Positions 19,175-27,695 of a stretch of 64,000 nucleotides of DNA are shown in pieces; positions within the stretch are counted from its first letter, which is position 1; each line of letters opens with the position of its first letter. The stretch is from an uncultured Gammaproteobacteria bacterium. GTDB lineage: Bacteria > Patescibacteriota > Patescibacteriia > UBA9934. The translations under genes and the position numbers were made by a program. The notes under the pieces are model-generated. The model had not been told where the DNA came from and searched no databases. It saw nothing but the letters and a program-made list of their open reading frames with translations. The stretch is from assembly GCA_964599455.1 (NCBI GenBank), contig CAZREA010000001.1, forward strand, positions 135,687 through 199,686. Direction: 5' to 3'.

Positions 19175-19666
19175 ATGAAATTTCCCCTTTCGATCATAGT
19201 GTTCTCGTTTGCTCTACTGGGTGCCGGCTGCATTCCGGCAGCTGATGTTTCTCTTGGCACGGAGCAGGAAAGTAGCATTCCTTCGATTTCAAGCACTAAA
19301 CTCGATCTCAGCAATCGCGGTCTCACGCAGGTACCACAGGATATTTTCAAACAAACAAACCTTGTCGAACTCAATCTTTCCGATAATCGTTTGACGGGTG
19401 CGATTCCTGCAGAAATTCGTCTATTGAACAAACTGGAAATTCTTGATTTGAGCGATAACGCCATGACCGGGTTGCCAGCAGAGATTGGTCAGTTGAGCAG
19501 ACTCAAAACGCTTGATCTATCAAATAACCAACTCACCGGCTTGCCTCTCGAGCTCGGCCAGTTAACGAATCTTGAAACGCTAGATTTACGAGGCAATGAC
19601 TACTCAATGCAAGATCTCAACCACATTCGCAACAATCTTTCACGTACGAACATTTTAGTTGATTAA
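19175..19666 (+). CDS. Leucine-rich-repeat lipoprotein
   Basis: Lipobox LLGAGC; LxxLxLxxNxLTGLP repeats. Confidence 0.9.
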   Translation: MKFPLSIIVFSFALLGAGCIPAADVSLGTEQESSIPSISSTKLDLSNRGLTQVPQDIFKQTNLVELNLSDNRLTGAIPAEIRLLNKLEILDLSDNAMTGLPAEIGQLSRLKTLDLSNNQLTGLPLELGQLTNLETLDLRGNDYSMQDLNHIRNNLSRTNILVD

Positions 19667-19706
19667 GCAAATGCACATCGCAAAAAGAACTGCAAGAATA
19701 GCTTCT

Positions 19707-20750
19707 ATGACCCATGAAAACGGCAACCGCATCACCGCAAATGCAAAAAACGCCGATGATGCCCAGGAGCTTATTGCAAAAGCACTCCGTTTTGTACAAA
19801 ACGTGCACGGCTTTCGTCCAGTAAACGATTCAACTCTTTTCAAAGGAGTCTATTACGACTCAAAAAAGGTCGGCAGTTATATTACTCAGGTCGTGGATAC
19901 CGATGGTAAGACTGCCGTTTTAAAATTGCAGCTGCGACCATTACCCTTCGACGAAGGCTCAATCATTCGTCATGTTGAAAAAAATCTCAAATCCAAAAAG
20001 ATTCGTCCTGTCCGAATTCTTTTCGACCAACCATGGAATGAAGAAACGGGCTTTGGATATCTTCTTTTCGAAGACATTACTCATCTTCCCAATCTGTGGA
20101 AACAGACACCCACCACAAACGAAGAGCGATTGCTTCATAAAAAATTCCTTGATGCGTTTTTTACCTTTGTTCTCCCTATCAAGCATCCATGGGTTCCTTC
20201 TCCAAAATCTCCCATGAAAGAAATGGCTCTTGCTGCGTTTGAACATTTCAAGCAGATTGCTGATAACAGTTCGCATACACATATTTCGAAAGATGAACTC
20301 AAGCCCATGATTCCAAAGTATCAGGAGTTGATGATGGCGTGTGATCTGCCGATGGATATGCATTTTACGCATGGTCATCTTTCGGGATTTGATGTCAAAT
20401 ACGATGCGGCAAATGACTGCTTCATTTTTATGGCCAATCTGTATTGGTCATGGAGGCCGGAATACTACGAGCTTGCCTTCCCTCTTTGGGTAGACTTGAT
20501 GCACATACGAGACAAACATCTGACGCTGGAAATGTTTGTATCTCGCGTGCATGCATGGGTAGGAATGTATGGCGAAGAAGTTTTAGGCAAAAGCTTTTGG
20601 TATATTCTTCTCCAACAAGCCATAACCACCATCATGCTCGACCTTGGGGCAAGTGAATGGGCAGAAAATGAATTCGAAGAAAAACAGGCACTGCTTAAAG
20701 TGTGGAAGGAATTCTTTCATTGGTTGATTGAACATAAATTGACTGCGTAG
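19707..20750 (+). CDS. APH/choline-kinase-like fold protein (divergent)
   Basis: AVLK, LLFED, FTHGHLSGFDV, YELA; the usual HxD is HGH here. Confidence 0.6.
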   Translation: MTHENGNRITANAKNADDAQELIAKALRFVQNVHGFRPVNDSTLFKGVYYDSKKVGSYITQVVDTDGKTAVLKLQLRPLPFDEGSIIRHVEKNLKSKKIRPVRILFDQPWNEETGFGYLLFEDITHLPNLWKQTPTTNEERLLHKKFLDAFFTFVLPIKHPWVPSPKSPMKEMALAAFEHFKQIADNSSHTHISKDELKPMIPKYQELMMACDLPMDMHFTHGHLSGFDVKYDAANDCFIFMANLYWSWRPEYYELAFPLWVDLMHIRDKHLTLEMFVSRVHAWVGMYGEEVLGKSFWYILLQQAITTIMLDLGASEWAENEFEEKQALLKVWKEFFHWLIEHKLTA

Positions 20751-20773
20751 ATCAAACTCTATTCATAACCACG

Positions 20774-20803
20774 AAAATCTCTCGCATCTCGCGAGAGATT
20801 TTT
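20774..20803 (+). terminator. Intrinsic terminator
   Basis: AAAATCTCTCGC/GCGAGAGATTTT. Confidence 0.85.
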
Positions 20804-21104
20804 GTATTCCCTATTACTCTCCCAAATTTTGATCGCGCTATACAGAACAAGCACCGGGGTATATGTTTCTTTTTAGGAAGAATCCCATCCGTAATCGAAC
20901 ATTGTCCTATGCATATTCTTTTGTTGCACAAATTCCTGCTGTTGGGAGCACTCGCGGTTGTTATCGCGGGACTGTTCTTTTTTGTCCCGCCGTTCCTCTC
21001 ATTTCCACTTCGCCCATCTTTCGGAACTTGTCTGAGAAGACTACGTAGTAAAGATAATCGGCAAGAATCTTGGTTACGAAGTCGTGGATTATAAAATAGA
21101 AGCT

Positions 21105-21419
21105 ATGCCCAAACACCGAATCTCCAAAGGCACCGTGCATACCGTTCCCTCAGATCTGGGAAATGCGCTTGTTTCCAACAAAGCAGCACTTACAGCCTGG
21201 GAAAGCCTGACGCCACTCGCTCGTAACGAATGGATCTGTTGGGTGATGTTTGTGAAAAAAGAGGAAACGAGAAAAGAACATATCGAACGGCTCATCGAGC
21301 AGCTGAAAGAAGGTAAACGCCGTCCCTGCTGCTGGATTGGCTGTATTCATCGTACGGACAAGGTGATCAGTCCTTCGGTACAGGGAGTACTTAAAAAGCG
21401 AGCGAAAAAAGACAAATAA
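21105..21419 (+). CDS. YdeI/OmpD-associated family protein
   Basis: VP.DL..AL......W..LTPLARNEWICWV...KK.ETR...I; GKRRPCCW.GC.HR. Confidence 0.85.
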   Translation: MPKHRISKGTVHTVPSDLGNALVSNKAALTAWESLTPLARNEWICWVMFVKKEETRKEHIERLIEQLKEGKRRPCCWIGCIHRTDKVISPSVQGVLKKRAKKDK

Positions 21420-21432
21420 TTTTCTGAACAGT

Positions 21433-21834
21433 ATGAAATTAGATCAAAAACTTGTTGACGCTTGCATCGCTTTTATAGATTGCCGCTTCCCCAAGCAAGA
21501 TGGTGAAGCAGCGGCGATGTATACCGAGGACGGAGAAATTCTTCTCAGCACCTCTCCCGCAACACTCAACGAAAGTGCAACATTGTGTCACGAAGTCGGC
21601 GCACTCTGTGAAGCGTACACAAAGAACAAGCGCATTACCGCTACGGTTTGTGTTTCACGTTCTGTTGATGGCAACATAAAAATCTTTTCTCCCTGCGGAA
21701 TCTGCCAGGAGCGTTTGATGATTTATGGGAAAGATGTTGAATGTGCGGTTCCGAAAGATGGTGATTCATCATCGTGGGAAATGCGTACACTCGGTCAGCT
21801 GCAGCCATATTATTGGCGTAAGGCTTTAGAGTAA
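21433..21834 (+). CDS. Cytidine deaminase-family protein
   Basis: LCHE...PCGICQE zinc motif; L.PYYW C-terminus. Confidence 0.88.
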   Translation: MKLDQKLVDACIAFIDCRFPKQDGEAAAMYTEDGEILLSTSPATLNESATLCHEVGALCEAYTKNKRITATVCVSRSVDGNIKIFSPCGICQERLMIYGKDVECAVPKDGDSSSWEMRTLGQLQPYYWRKALE

Positions 21835-21891
21835 AAAGTGCGAAGAAAACCTCTACCCTTCCCTCATTGCAAGATATATTCCTCTCGCCAT

Positions 21892-22470
21892 ATGCACATC
21901 GAATACGAAGCAACGTTTACGTCAGTAGAAAAAGATGATATTCGCAACAAGCTCAAGGCAGCTGGTGCGACGCTTGTGAAACCCGAATTTCTGCAAAAGC
22001 GGGTGGTGTTTTATCTTCCCAAGGGTAATGAAATTGCCGGTGGTTGGGCACGTGTACGCGATGAGGGCGACAAGATCACCATGAGTGTCAAAATTGTTGA
22101 CGGCGAAAAAATTACTGATCAAAAAGAGGCTCAATTGACCATTGATAATTTCGACAATGCCGTGTCGTTGCTATCGCTCCTTGGTTGCAGATCAAAGGCG
22201 TATCAGGAAACATATCGTGAACTTTGGACGCTCGACAATATCGAAATCACCCTTGATGAGTGGCCGTTCCTTGAACCGTTTGTGGAAATTGAAGGCCGCT
22301 CTGAAGAAGAAGTGAAAAGTGTCGCCGAACGTTTAAGTTTTGATTGGAGCAAGGCAAAATTCTGCCACGTAGGAACACTCTACGCTGAAAAATACCACAT
22401 GCACGAAGATGTCCTCAATAACCAAACGCCGCGGTTGACGTTCGAGATGGAAAATCCGTTTCAAAAATAA
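21892..22470 (+). CDS. CYTH domain protein (class IV adenylate cyclase-like)
   Basis: ExE N-terminal motif IEYEA, RVRDEG, FVEIEG. Confidence 0.9.
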   Translation: MHIEYEATFTSVEKDDIRNKLKAAGATLVKPEFLQKRVVFYLPKGNEIAGGWARVRDEGDKITMSVKIVDGEKITDQKEAQLTIDNFDNAVSLLSLLGCRSKAYQETYRELWTLDNIEITLDEWPFLEPFVEIEGRSEEEVKSVAERLSFDWSKAKFCHVGTLYAEKYHMHEDVLNNQTPRLTFEMENPFQK

Positions 22471-22474
22471 TTTT

Positions 22475-22900
22475 ATGCGTCTATGGAGTTTGCATCCAAA
22501 ATATTTAGACACCAAAGGACTTGTGGCGTTGTGGCGGGAAGGATTGCTGGCCAAACATGTTCTTGAGGGTAAAACCAAAGGTTATCGTTATCATCCGCAA
22601 TTGAAACGCTTTCAGGCGGCTGCGCAACCGCTTGTTGCCATCAATGCTTATCTTAAATATGTATACGATGAGGCGTGCAACAGAGGTCACTGCTTTACTG
22701 CAACAAAAATCGATCTCACTGCACATACTGAACGTTTACCCGTCACTTACGGACAACTGCAATATGAGCTTGAACATTTACGTGAAAAACTGCAACGACG
22801 AGATCCCCATCGTCTCGCCACACTTCCTACCTCTCCCGAACCTCATCCCCTTTTTGCCGTTATCGCCGGCGATGTCGAAGAATGGGAGAAGATCGTGTAA
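22475..22900 (+). CDS. Pyrimidine dimer DNA glycosylase / endonuclease V family
   Basis: MRLWSLHPKYLD.KGLVALWRE.LLA...GY..HPQL.RF. Confidence 0.9.
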   Translation: MRLWSLHPKYLDTKGLVALWREGLLAKHVLEGKTKGYRYHPQLKRFQAAAQPLVAINAYLKYVYDEACNRGHCFTATKIDLTAHTERLPVTYGQLQYELEHLREKLQRRDPHRLATLPTSPEPHPLFAVIAGDVEEWEKIV

Positions 22901-22933
22901 ACTTCATACAAAAGATTATTATCAAAATCACCT

Positions 22934-23350
22934 ATGGATCTTAATTACCTCGCCATCATCGTAGCCTCACTGTTGCAATTTGTGTTTGGTGCAATTTGGT
23001 ACACACCCGTGTTTGGCAAGATGTGGGGAAAAATTCACGGATTTGAAAAATATTCACAAGCCGAACAGCAAAAAATGATGAAGAGCATGGGACCGATTCT
23101 CGGAATACAATTTCTCACCACCATCGTCACGACGTTTGTGTTTGCATTGTTACTACAGGGCTTCCCTACCACTTGGAACGTATACGGACTTGCAGGCTTC
23201 TTCTGGCTAGGATTTATTGTGCCCACACAAATAAGCGCCGTCCTTTTTGGAGGAACAGAGCCGCAATGGATTGTGAAAAAAATCCTGATCATGGCTGGCG
23301 CAGCACTGGGATGCATGATGATCGCCGCAGCTGTACTGCAGGCGATGTAG
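22934..23350 (+). CDS. DUF1761 family membrane protein
   Basis: NYLAIIVA...GAIWY...FGK.W; four TMs. Confidence 0.85.
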   Translation: MDLNYLAIIVASLLQFVFGAIWYTPVFGKMWGKIHGFEKYSQAEQQKMMKSMGPILGIQFLTTIVTTFVFALLLQGFPTTWNVYGLAGFFWLGFIVPTQISAVLFGGTEPQWIVKKILIMAGAALGCMMIAAAVLQAM

Positions 23351-23357
23351 TCGCTGT

Positions 23358-23810
23358 ATGAACATGTTCAAAAAAACCAAAGCTACGACCGTAATAGGTT
23401 ATCTCAAGGACGTTCCAAAGGAGCGACAAGAGCTTATCCATTTCCTGCACGGTTTTATCCAAAAAGCTGCGCCATCGTTGAAAGCTCATTTTGCCTACAA
23501 CATGCTCGGCTATGGTTCTTTTCCTTGGCGCAACTATAAACATGAACCCATCACCTGGCCAGTCGTAGCCATGGCCAATCAAAAAAATTACGTGAGCATC
23601 TATGTATGCTGCGTCGTCGACGGCAAATATCTTGCCGAGACATATAAAGAACAATTGGGAGATAAGGTCAGCGTCGGCAAAAGCTGTATCCGTTTTAAAA
23701 AGCTGGAAGATGTACATCTGCCGACATTAAAGAAGGTAATTCAAACCGCAGCTAAGCATCCTGGCCTCGATGGTATCGGTAAGAGCACCGCGATCAAGAA
23801 AAAATCGTGA
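23358..23810 (+). CDS. DUF1801/YdhG-like protein
   Basis: MLGYG, ANQKNYVSIY, GKSCIRFKKLED. Confidence 0.88.
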   Translation: MNMFKKTKATTVIGYLKDVPKERQELIHFLHGFIQKAAPSLKAHFAYNMLGYGSFPWRNYKHEPITWPVVAMANQKNYVSIYVCCVVDGKYLAETYKEQLGDKVSVGKSCIRFKKLEDVHLPTLKKVIQTAAKHPGLDGIGKSTAIKKKS

Positions 23811-23875
23811 AGCGAAAAGGTAGGCTGCAAAAAATGAGTGCTTGGTAAAAAAAATCCATATTGATAACAATATTT

Positions 23876-24280
23876 ATGCTAAAACGTCCTGAGAAAAGTA
23901 CAGCGGATTCCATAATTTCAAAAGACTCTGAAACCGATTCAACACAAGAACTTTTTAACAGCTTTATCAGTTCAGAAATCTATAAAAAGCTTAAAGAAGC
24001 CTATGGTGATTTTGTTTTTACCAATCCCGATGATATTCCCGAATTAGTTCGTAGTGCCCCGGCACCCATCGAGAACGATACAGTCCAAAAAATAAAGATG
24101 ATTATGGAAAATGGAAGAGGCTGCAGAGTACGCAGAAGCAGTGGCCAGGTTCAAGACGGACTTCTTGTCTCGTTTTCACCGACGGCAAGAAGTTTAGGAA
24201 TAGCTTTCCGTGACGTGAATGATGGGAGGATAAAATATAAAGAAGCTGTGCGTTTGAAAGAATTTCTCGAGGTGAATTAG
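23876..24280 (+). CDS. Hypothetical protein
   Basis: Host-like ORF; beta-rich C-terminus VRRSSG. Confidence 0.6.
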   Translation: MLKRPEKSTADSIISKDSETDSTQELFNSFISSEIYKKLKEAYGDFVFTNPDDIPELVRSAPAPIENDTVQKIKMIMENGRGCRVRRSSGQVQDGLLVSFSPTARSLGIAFRDVNDGRIKYKEAVRLKEFLEVN

Positions 24281-24315
24281 CTGCTACACTAGCATGTTTG
24301 GTAAAGTATCCTTGT

Positions 24316-25242
24316 ATGTATATGAATCACAAAAAAATGCTGCTCGTTGCCTTGATTCTCATTATTGTCGCAAGTGTAATCGGATTTTTGACGCTGAGGA
24401 AGGGTTCGTCAGCATCTCCATCGCCTATTGTAGAACAGGAAACGGCAGAGAATTGGCACGTTGTTGATACCAATTTCTTTACTGTTTCATTGCCATCCGA
24501 ATGGAAATTCAACCCGATGCAAGGCATAGATTCGTATGTTGGCGAATTTGTCGGTGATGGCGTGACGCTTGGTTTTGATTACGGTTGGTATTCCAATCCT
24601 CTGGCAGACGAAGGTGATTCGCATTACACCGTTACCTACGAAACCATTGATGACCGTCATGCCAAAATTGTTGTTCCTGCTACGGTAGGAATAGGCGTCG
24701 TGGGTGTGTATTTTGCTGATATCGACGGCAATCAGATGAATCGTCTCCAAATATCAGGAGAATATCTAACAGGCGCCCAACAAGAAACGGCCTTAAAAAT
24801 ATTCCGTACGCTGCAATTTACCGACAAAGAAGATAAGCCGGTACCTTCGACATCTTTTGACTTCATCTTTAAATATGGCGTCGGGGCCAAAAACATTTTG
24901 GATACCTTCAATGATACCTATACCAAAGACATGATTACCGATGACCCGATTACTATTTCGTTGAAATTGACGGACGAAGAATTGGATGGCATTCGTCAAA
25001 AAATTGAAGAGCTGAATCTCTTTCAGGCAAAAGAGGAAAGTCAAATAAAAATGCTCATGAATCCCTGTACGGATTACGATCTCATCGTGCAAACCTTTGC
25101 CGTGCAACGTCGCGCTTCATCGGACGGATGCACACAGGGAATCGATCAGCAGTTTGCAGCATTCGAAACCTATATCCGTTCAATTTTGGAAACAAAGACA
25201 GAGTATCGAGCGCTTCCCGAACCTCAGGGAGGTTATATGTAA
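24316..25242 (+). CDS. Membrane-anchored extracellular hypothetical protein (two domains)
   Basis: N-terminal TM; QGIDSYVGEF domain; C-terminal domain ending LPEPQGGY. Confidence 0.75.
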   Translation: MYMNHKKMLLVALILIIVASVIGFLTLRKGSSASPSPIVEQETAENWHVVDTNFFTVSLPSEWKFNPMQGIDSYVGEFVGDGVTLGFDYGWYSNPLADEGDSHYTVTYETIDDRHAKIVVPATVGIGVVGVYFADIDGNQMNRLQISGEYLTGAQQETALKIFRTLQFTDKEDKPVPSTSFDFIFKYGVGAKNILDTFNDTYTKDMITDDPITISLKLTDEELDGIRQKIEELNLFQAKEESQIKMLMNPCTDYDLIVQTFAVQRRASSDGCTQGIDQQFAAFETYIRSILETKTEYRALPEPQGGYM

Positions 25243-25248
25243 AGAGTA

Positions 25249-25896
25249 TTACTTCATGCTCGCCGCCATCTGCGCCACCAGTGTATCAGTATCAAATATT
25301 TCTTGTTCGGCTTTGCAGGTTGCTTGATTTGGTTCGTCGTAATTCAGACATTGCGGTTCACGAATAGAAAAAGAGAATGTTACCGTCTGCTCATTACGCG
25401 CAAAGGCATAGGTATGGGTTGTATACGTACTGCCCGCTGCTCCCTCACCCAACGTCGTTACACAATAAGTCGTTCCCTCGATAGTTCGTTCTTCAGTTGT
25501 ACCCACAGGTAATCCAGGAGGCAAGATACCGCTCAAAGGACAAGAATAAACCCCATCGCTCACAGCAACTTGCGGTGGCCAATCCATAAAATGCACATAT
25601 GTAAATCCCGTTTCTTTGGGATAAGAAAAGGAAATTCCTGATTGCGTTTGTGTCGCAAATTCTGCATCAGAAAGTTCGGGACACGGTGCAAATGCACACG
25701 ATGGACCCGAACGTCCCACATACGATCCATCGGGGCATAATTTCGCTTCTTGCGTACAAGCGACCGGATCGCTATCACTTATCACCGGCGCATGTGCACG
25801 GACGCTCCAAAGAATGATGCCGGCAGCTACTACAAGTACAAGGATAAGAATGATGGCAACAATAGGAGAAGTTGTACGTTGGGAAGTATTTTGCAT
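25249..25896 (-). CDS. Membrane-anchored Cys-rich extracellular protein
   Basis: TM, CTQEAKLCPDGSYVGRSGPSCAFAPCP module, EGAAGSTY..PQC.NY. Confidence 0.8.
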   Translation of the reverse strand: MQNTSQRTTSPIVAIILILVLVVAAGIILWSVRAHAPVISDSDPVACTQEAKLCPDGSYVGRSGPSCAFAPCPELSDAEFATQTQSGISFSYPKETGFTYVHFMDWPPQVAVSDGVYSCPLSGILPPGLPVGTTEERTIEGTTYCVTTLGEGAAGSTYTTHTYAFARNEQTVTFSFSIREPQCLNYDEPNQATCKAEQEIFDTDTLVAQMAASMK

Positions 25897-26020
25897 ATGT
25901 TTTGAGTATAGCATCACCGCAATGCCAAGGTTTTGTTCTATCGAGAGAGATTCATGTACTCACCTCTGTGCTGGAGAAGATGTCTGATCTTTGCTAAGTT
26001 ACGGCGATAACTCTCCTTCT

Positions 26021-26660
26021 ATGTATCGCGTTGTCTTTTTTGGTGAACCGGGAAGTGGCAAAACAACGTTGTCACAAAAAGTTGCCGTCGCTTTAGGAGT
26101 ATTGGTCGTGGAGGCGTCCAGAGAAGTCATTTTTCCAGCCGCGATGTACTCTTCCCTGCCAGATACCACAGCAGAGTTTATTACTATCATGATGCATCAT
26201 AACGAAGCGGCTCCAACGTTCACGCGTGAGAAAGCGCGAGAGATGTTTTCACGATTATGTAAAACGTATGCGAGCGATATCGTGGCAGGCATTCCTGGAC
26301 ATCGAGCGCACGCGTGGTCTCGACGGAGCCATGACGCACAGCAAGCTCTGGAGCAAAGGTTCCAAGCGCTATGCATGCAGTCTTACCTCGTGTTGCGTCG
26401 ATCCGCTCGCACTCTTCATCATGATGCCAGCAAATGAGGAGTTCGCACCGCGCATCTACACGCGTGCACTTACTTCCCTATCGCGAGATCCACGCTTCGA
26501 CACCCTTCGGCGCTTCCTCGAAGTGCATGTCCGTCTTGATGGGGATGACCACGCCCCGACATTCCTCGCTTGGCTGGAGCTCTATCTGCAGAACTCCTGT
26601 CCAAGTACGGCTCAGGTCAGCGCGTCGACTCGCAAGGCGATTTCCGTTTTCGACCGCTGA
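26021..26660 (+). pseudogene. Chimeric or disrupted locus: P-loop kinase N-terminus joined out of frame to a heme-oxygenase-like C-terminus
   Basis: GEPGSGKTT up to ~26285. A different frame then encodes NEEFAP...FLEVHVRLDGDDH to a stop at 26660. Confidence 0.5.
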
Positions 26661-26683
26661 TTGCTGTCTCACCACACTCGTCT

Positions 26684-26709
26684 CAAAAGCCTTCGTAAGA
26701 GGGCTTTTG
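26684..26709 (+). terminator. Intrinsic terminator
   Basis: CAAAAGCCTTC-gtaa-GAGGGCTTTTG. Confidence 0.8.
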
Positions 26710-26755
26710 TTCTTTTTGACTTTATTCATCCCCAGATCTCTTGACAGAAATTATA

Positions 26756-26774
26756 TAGTGTATAATATACACAT
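26756..26774. promoter_or_regulatory. Putative NrtR operator 1 (autoregulatory)
   Basis: TAGTGTA-TAATA-TACACAT, GT-N7-AC core, next to TTGACA (26741) and TATAAT (26761). Confidence 0.75.
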
Positions 26775-26781
26775 ATCACAT

Positions 26782-27477
26782 ATGTCCAAACGCATGCAAA
26801 CATCTACAGACCACTTACACTTTGCCGTTCTGGCGGCAGATGTGGCGTTGTTTACGGTAAAAGATGATCATCTGCTTGTGCGCATGGTTAACGTTCATCG
26901 CCCGCCATTTTTCACGAATGTCGCCGGACTTCCTGGAGGATTGCTGCAACCAACCGAAACTGCCGAAGAAGCCATTGAGCGTCACATTCGTGAAAAGGCA
27001 AAAATCACCGCACCATCAGTGCACATTGAGCAACTCTACACCTTCAGTCAAATTGATCGTGACCCTCGAGGTCGTGTCGTGGCAGTCGCATATATTGGTC
27101 TTATTCCTTGGAACGCCCTTTCCGAAAAAGAGCAAAGCAACACACCAGACGTTTCGTGGCAACCCGTACATCGCATAAAAACCTTGGCATATGATCACCA
27201 AAACATCTTGCAAATGGCTGTGAAACGTCTGCAGTCACGCGTCACCTATACAACGCTTATCTCGAAGTTGATGCCACGCGAATTTACCCTCACCGAATTA
27301 CAAAACATGTATCAAACGGTACTCGGCACTTCCCTTGATAAACGAAATTTCCGTAAAAAGCTTCTCAAACTCAAGATTGTAAAGCCTCTGCGAAAAGAAC
27401 GAAGCGACGGCCCATGGCGACCAGCACAGCTTTTCACCTTTACAAGTAAACATATTCAAGAAATCGAAATGTTGTGA
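26782..27477 (+). CDS. nrtR: NrtR-family regulator (Nudix + winged HTH)
   Basis: LPGG, EQLYTF...RDPRGRVVAVAY, LAYDH, FTLTELQ..Y..VLG..LDKRNFRK...RPA.LF. Confidence 0.93.
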   Translation: MSKRMQTSTDHLHFAVLAADVALFTVKDDHLLVRMVNVHRPPFFTNVAGLPGGLLQPTETAEEAIERHIREKAKITAPSVHIEQLYTFSQIDRDPRGRVVAVAYIGLIPWNALSEKEQSNTPDVSWQPVHRIKTLAYDHQNILQMAVKRLQSRVTYTTLISKLMPREFTLTELQNMYQTVLGTSLDKRNFRKKLLKLKIVKPLRKERSDGPWRPAQLFTFTSKHIQEIEML

Positions 27478-27482
27478 AAAAG

Positions 27483-27508
27483 AAAGAGCGGTATCTTCAC
27501 CGCTCTTT
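27483..27508 (+). terminator. Hairpin terminator after nrtR
   Basis: AAAGAGCGGT/ACCGCTCTTT. Confidence 0.7.
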
Positions 27509-27520
27509 ACCAAAACTACT

Positions 27521-27539
27521 TAGTGTAATATATACATTA
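27521..27539. promoter_or_regulatory. Putative NrtR operator 2 upstream of nadV
   Basis: TAGTGTA-ATATA-TACATTA, the same motif as at 26756. Confidence 0.75.
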
Positions 27540-27695
27540 TATAAATGTTTATTGAAAAGAGATGAGGGGTTCGAGCAGACGCGCCCTTCACCTCGGTCCA
27601 ATAAACCGAGGAGCTTCACAACTCCACAAGCAGCTATGCACCGAATGTTCGATGCGGCGCTTCTCAAAACATGCGTCTCACCAAGGAGTGACATC

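Noticed and set aside
20810-21094. Short ORFs 20863-21048 and 20909-21094
   Set aside because: No motifs or convincing starts; possibly decayed sequence.
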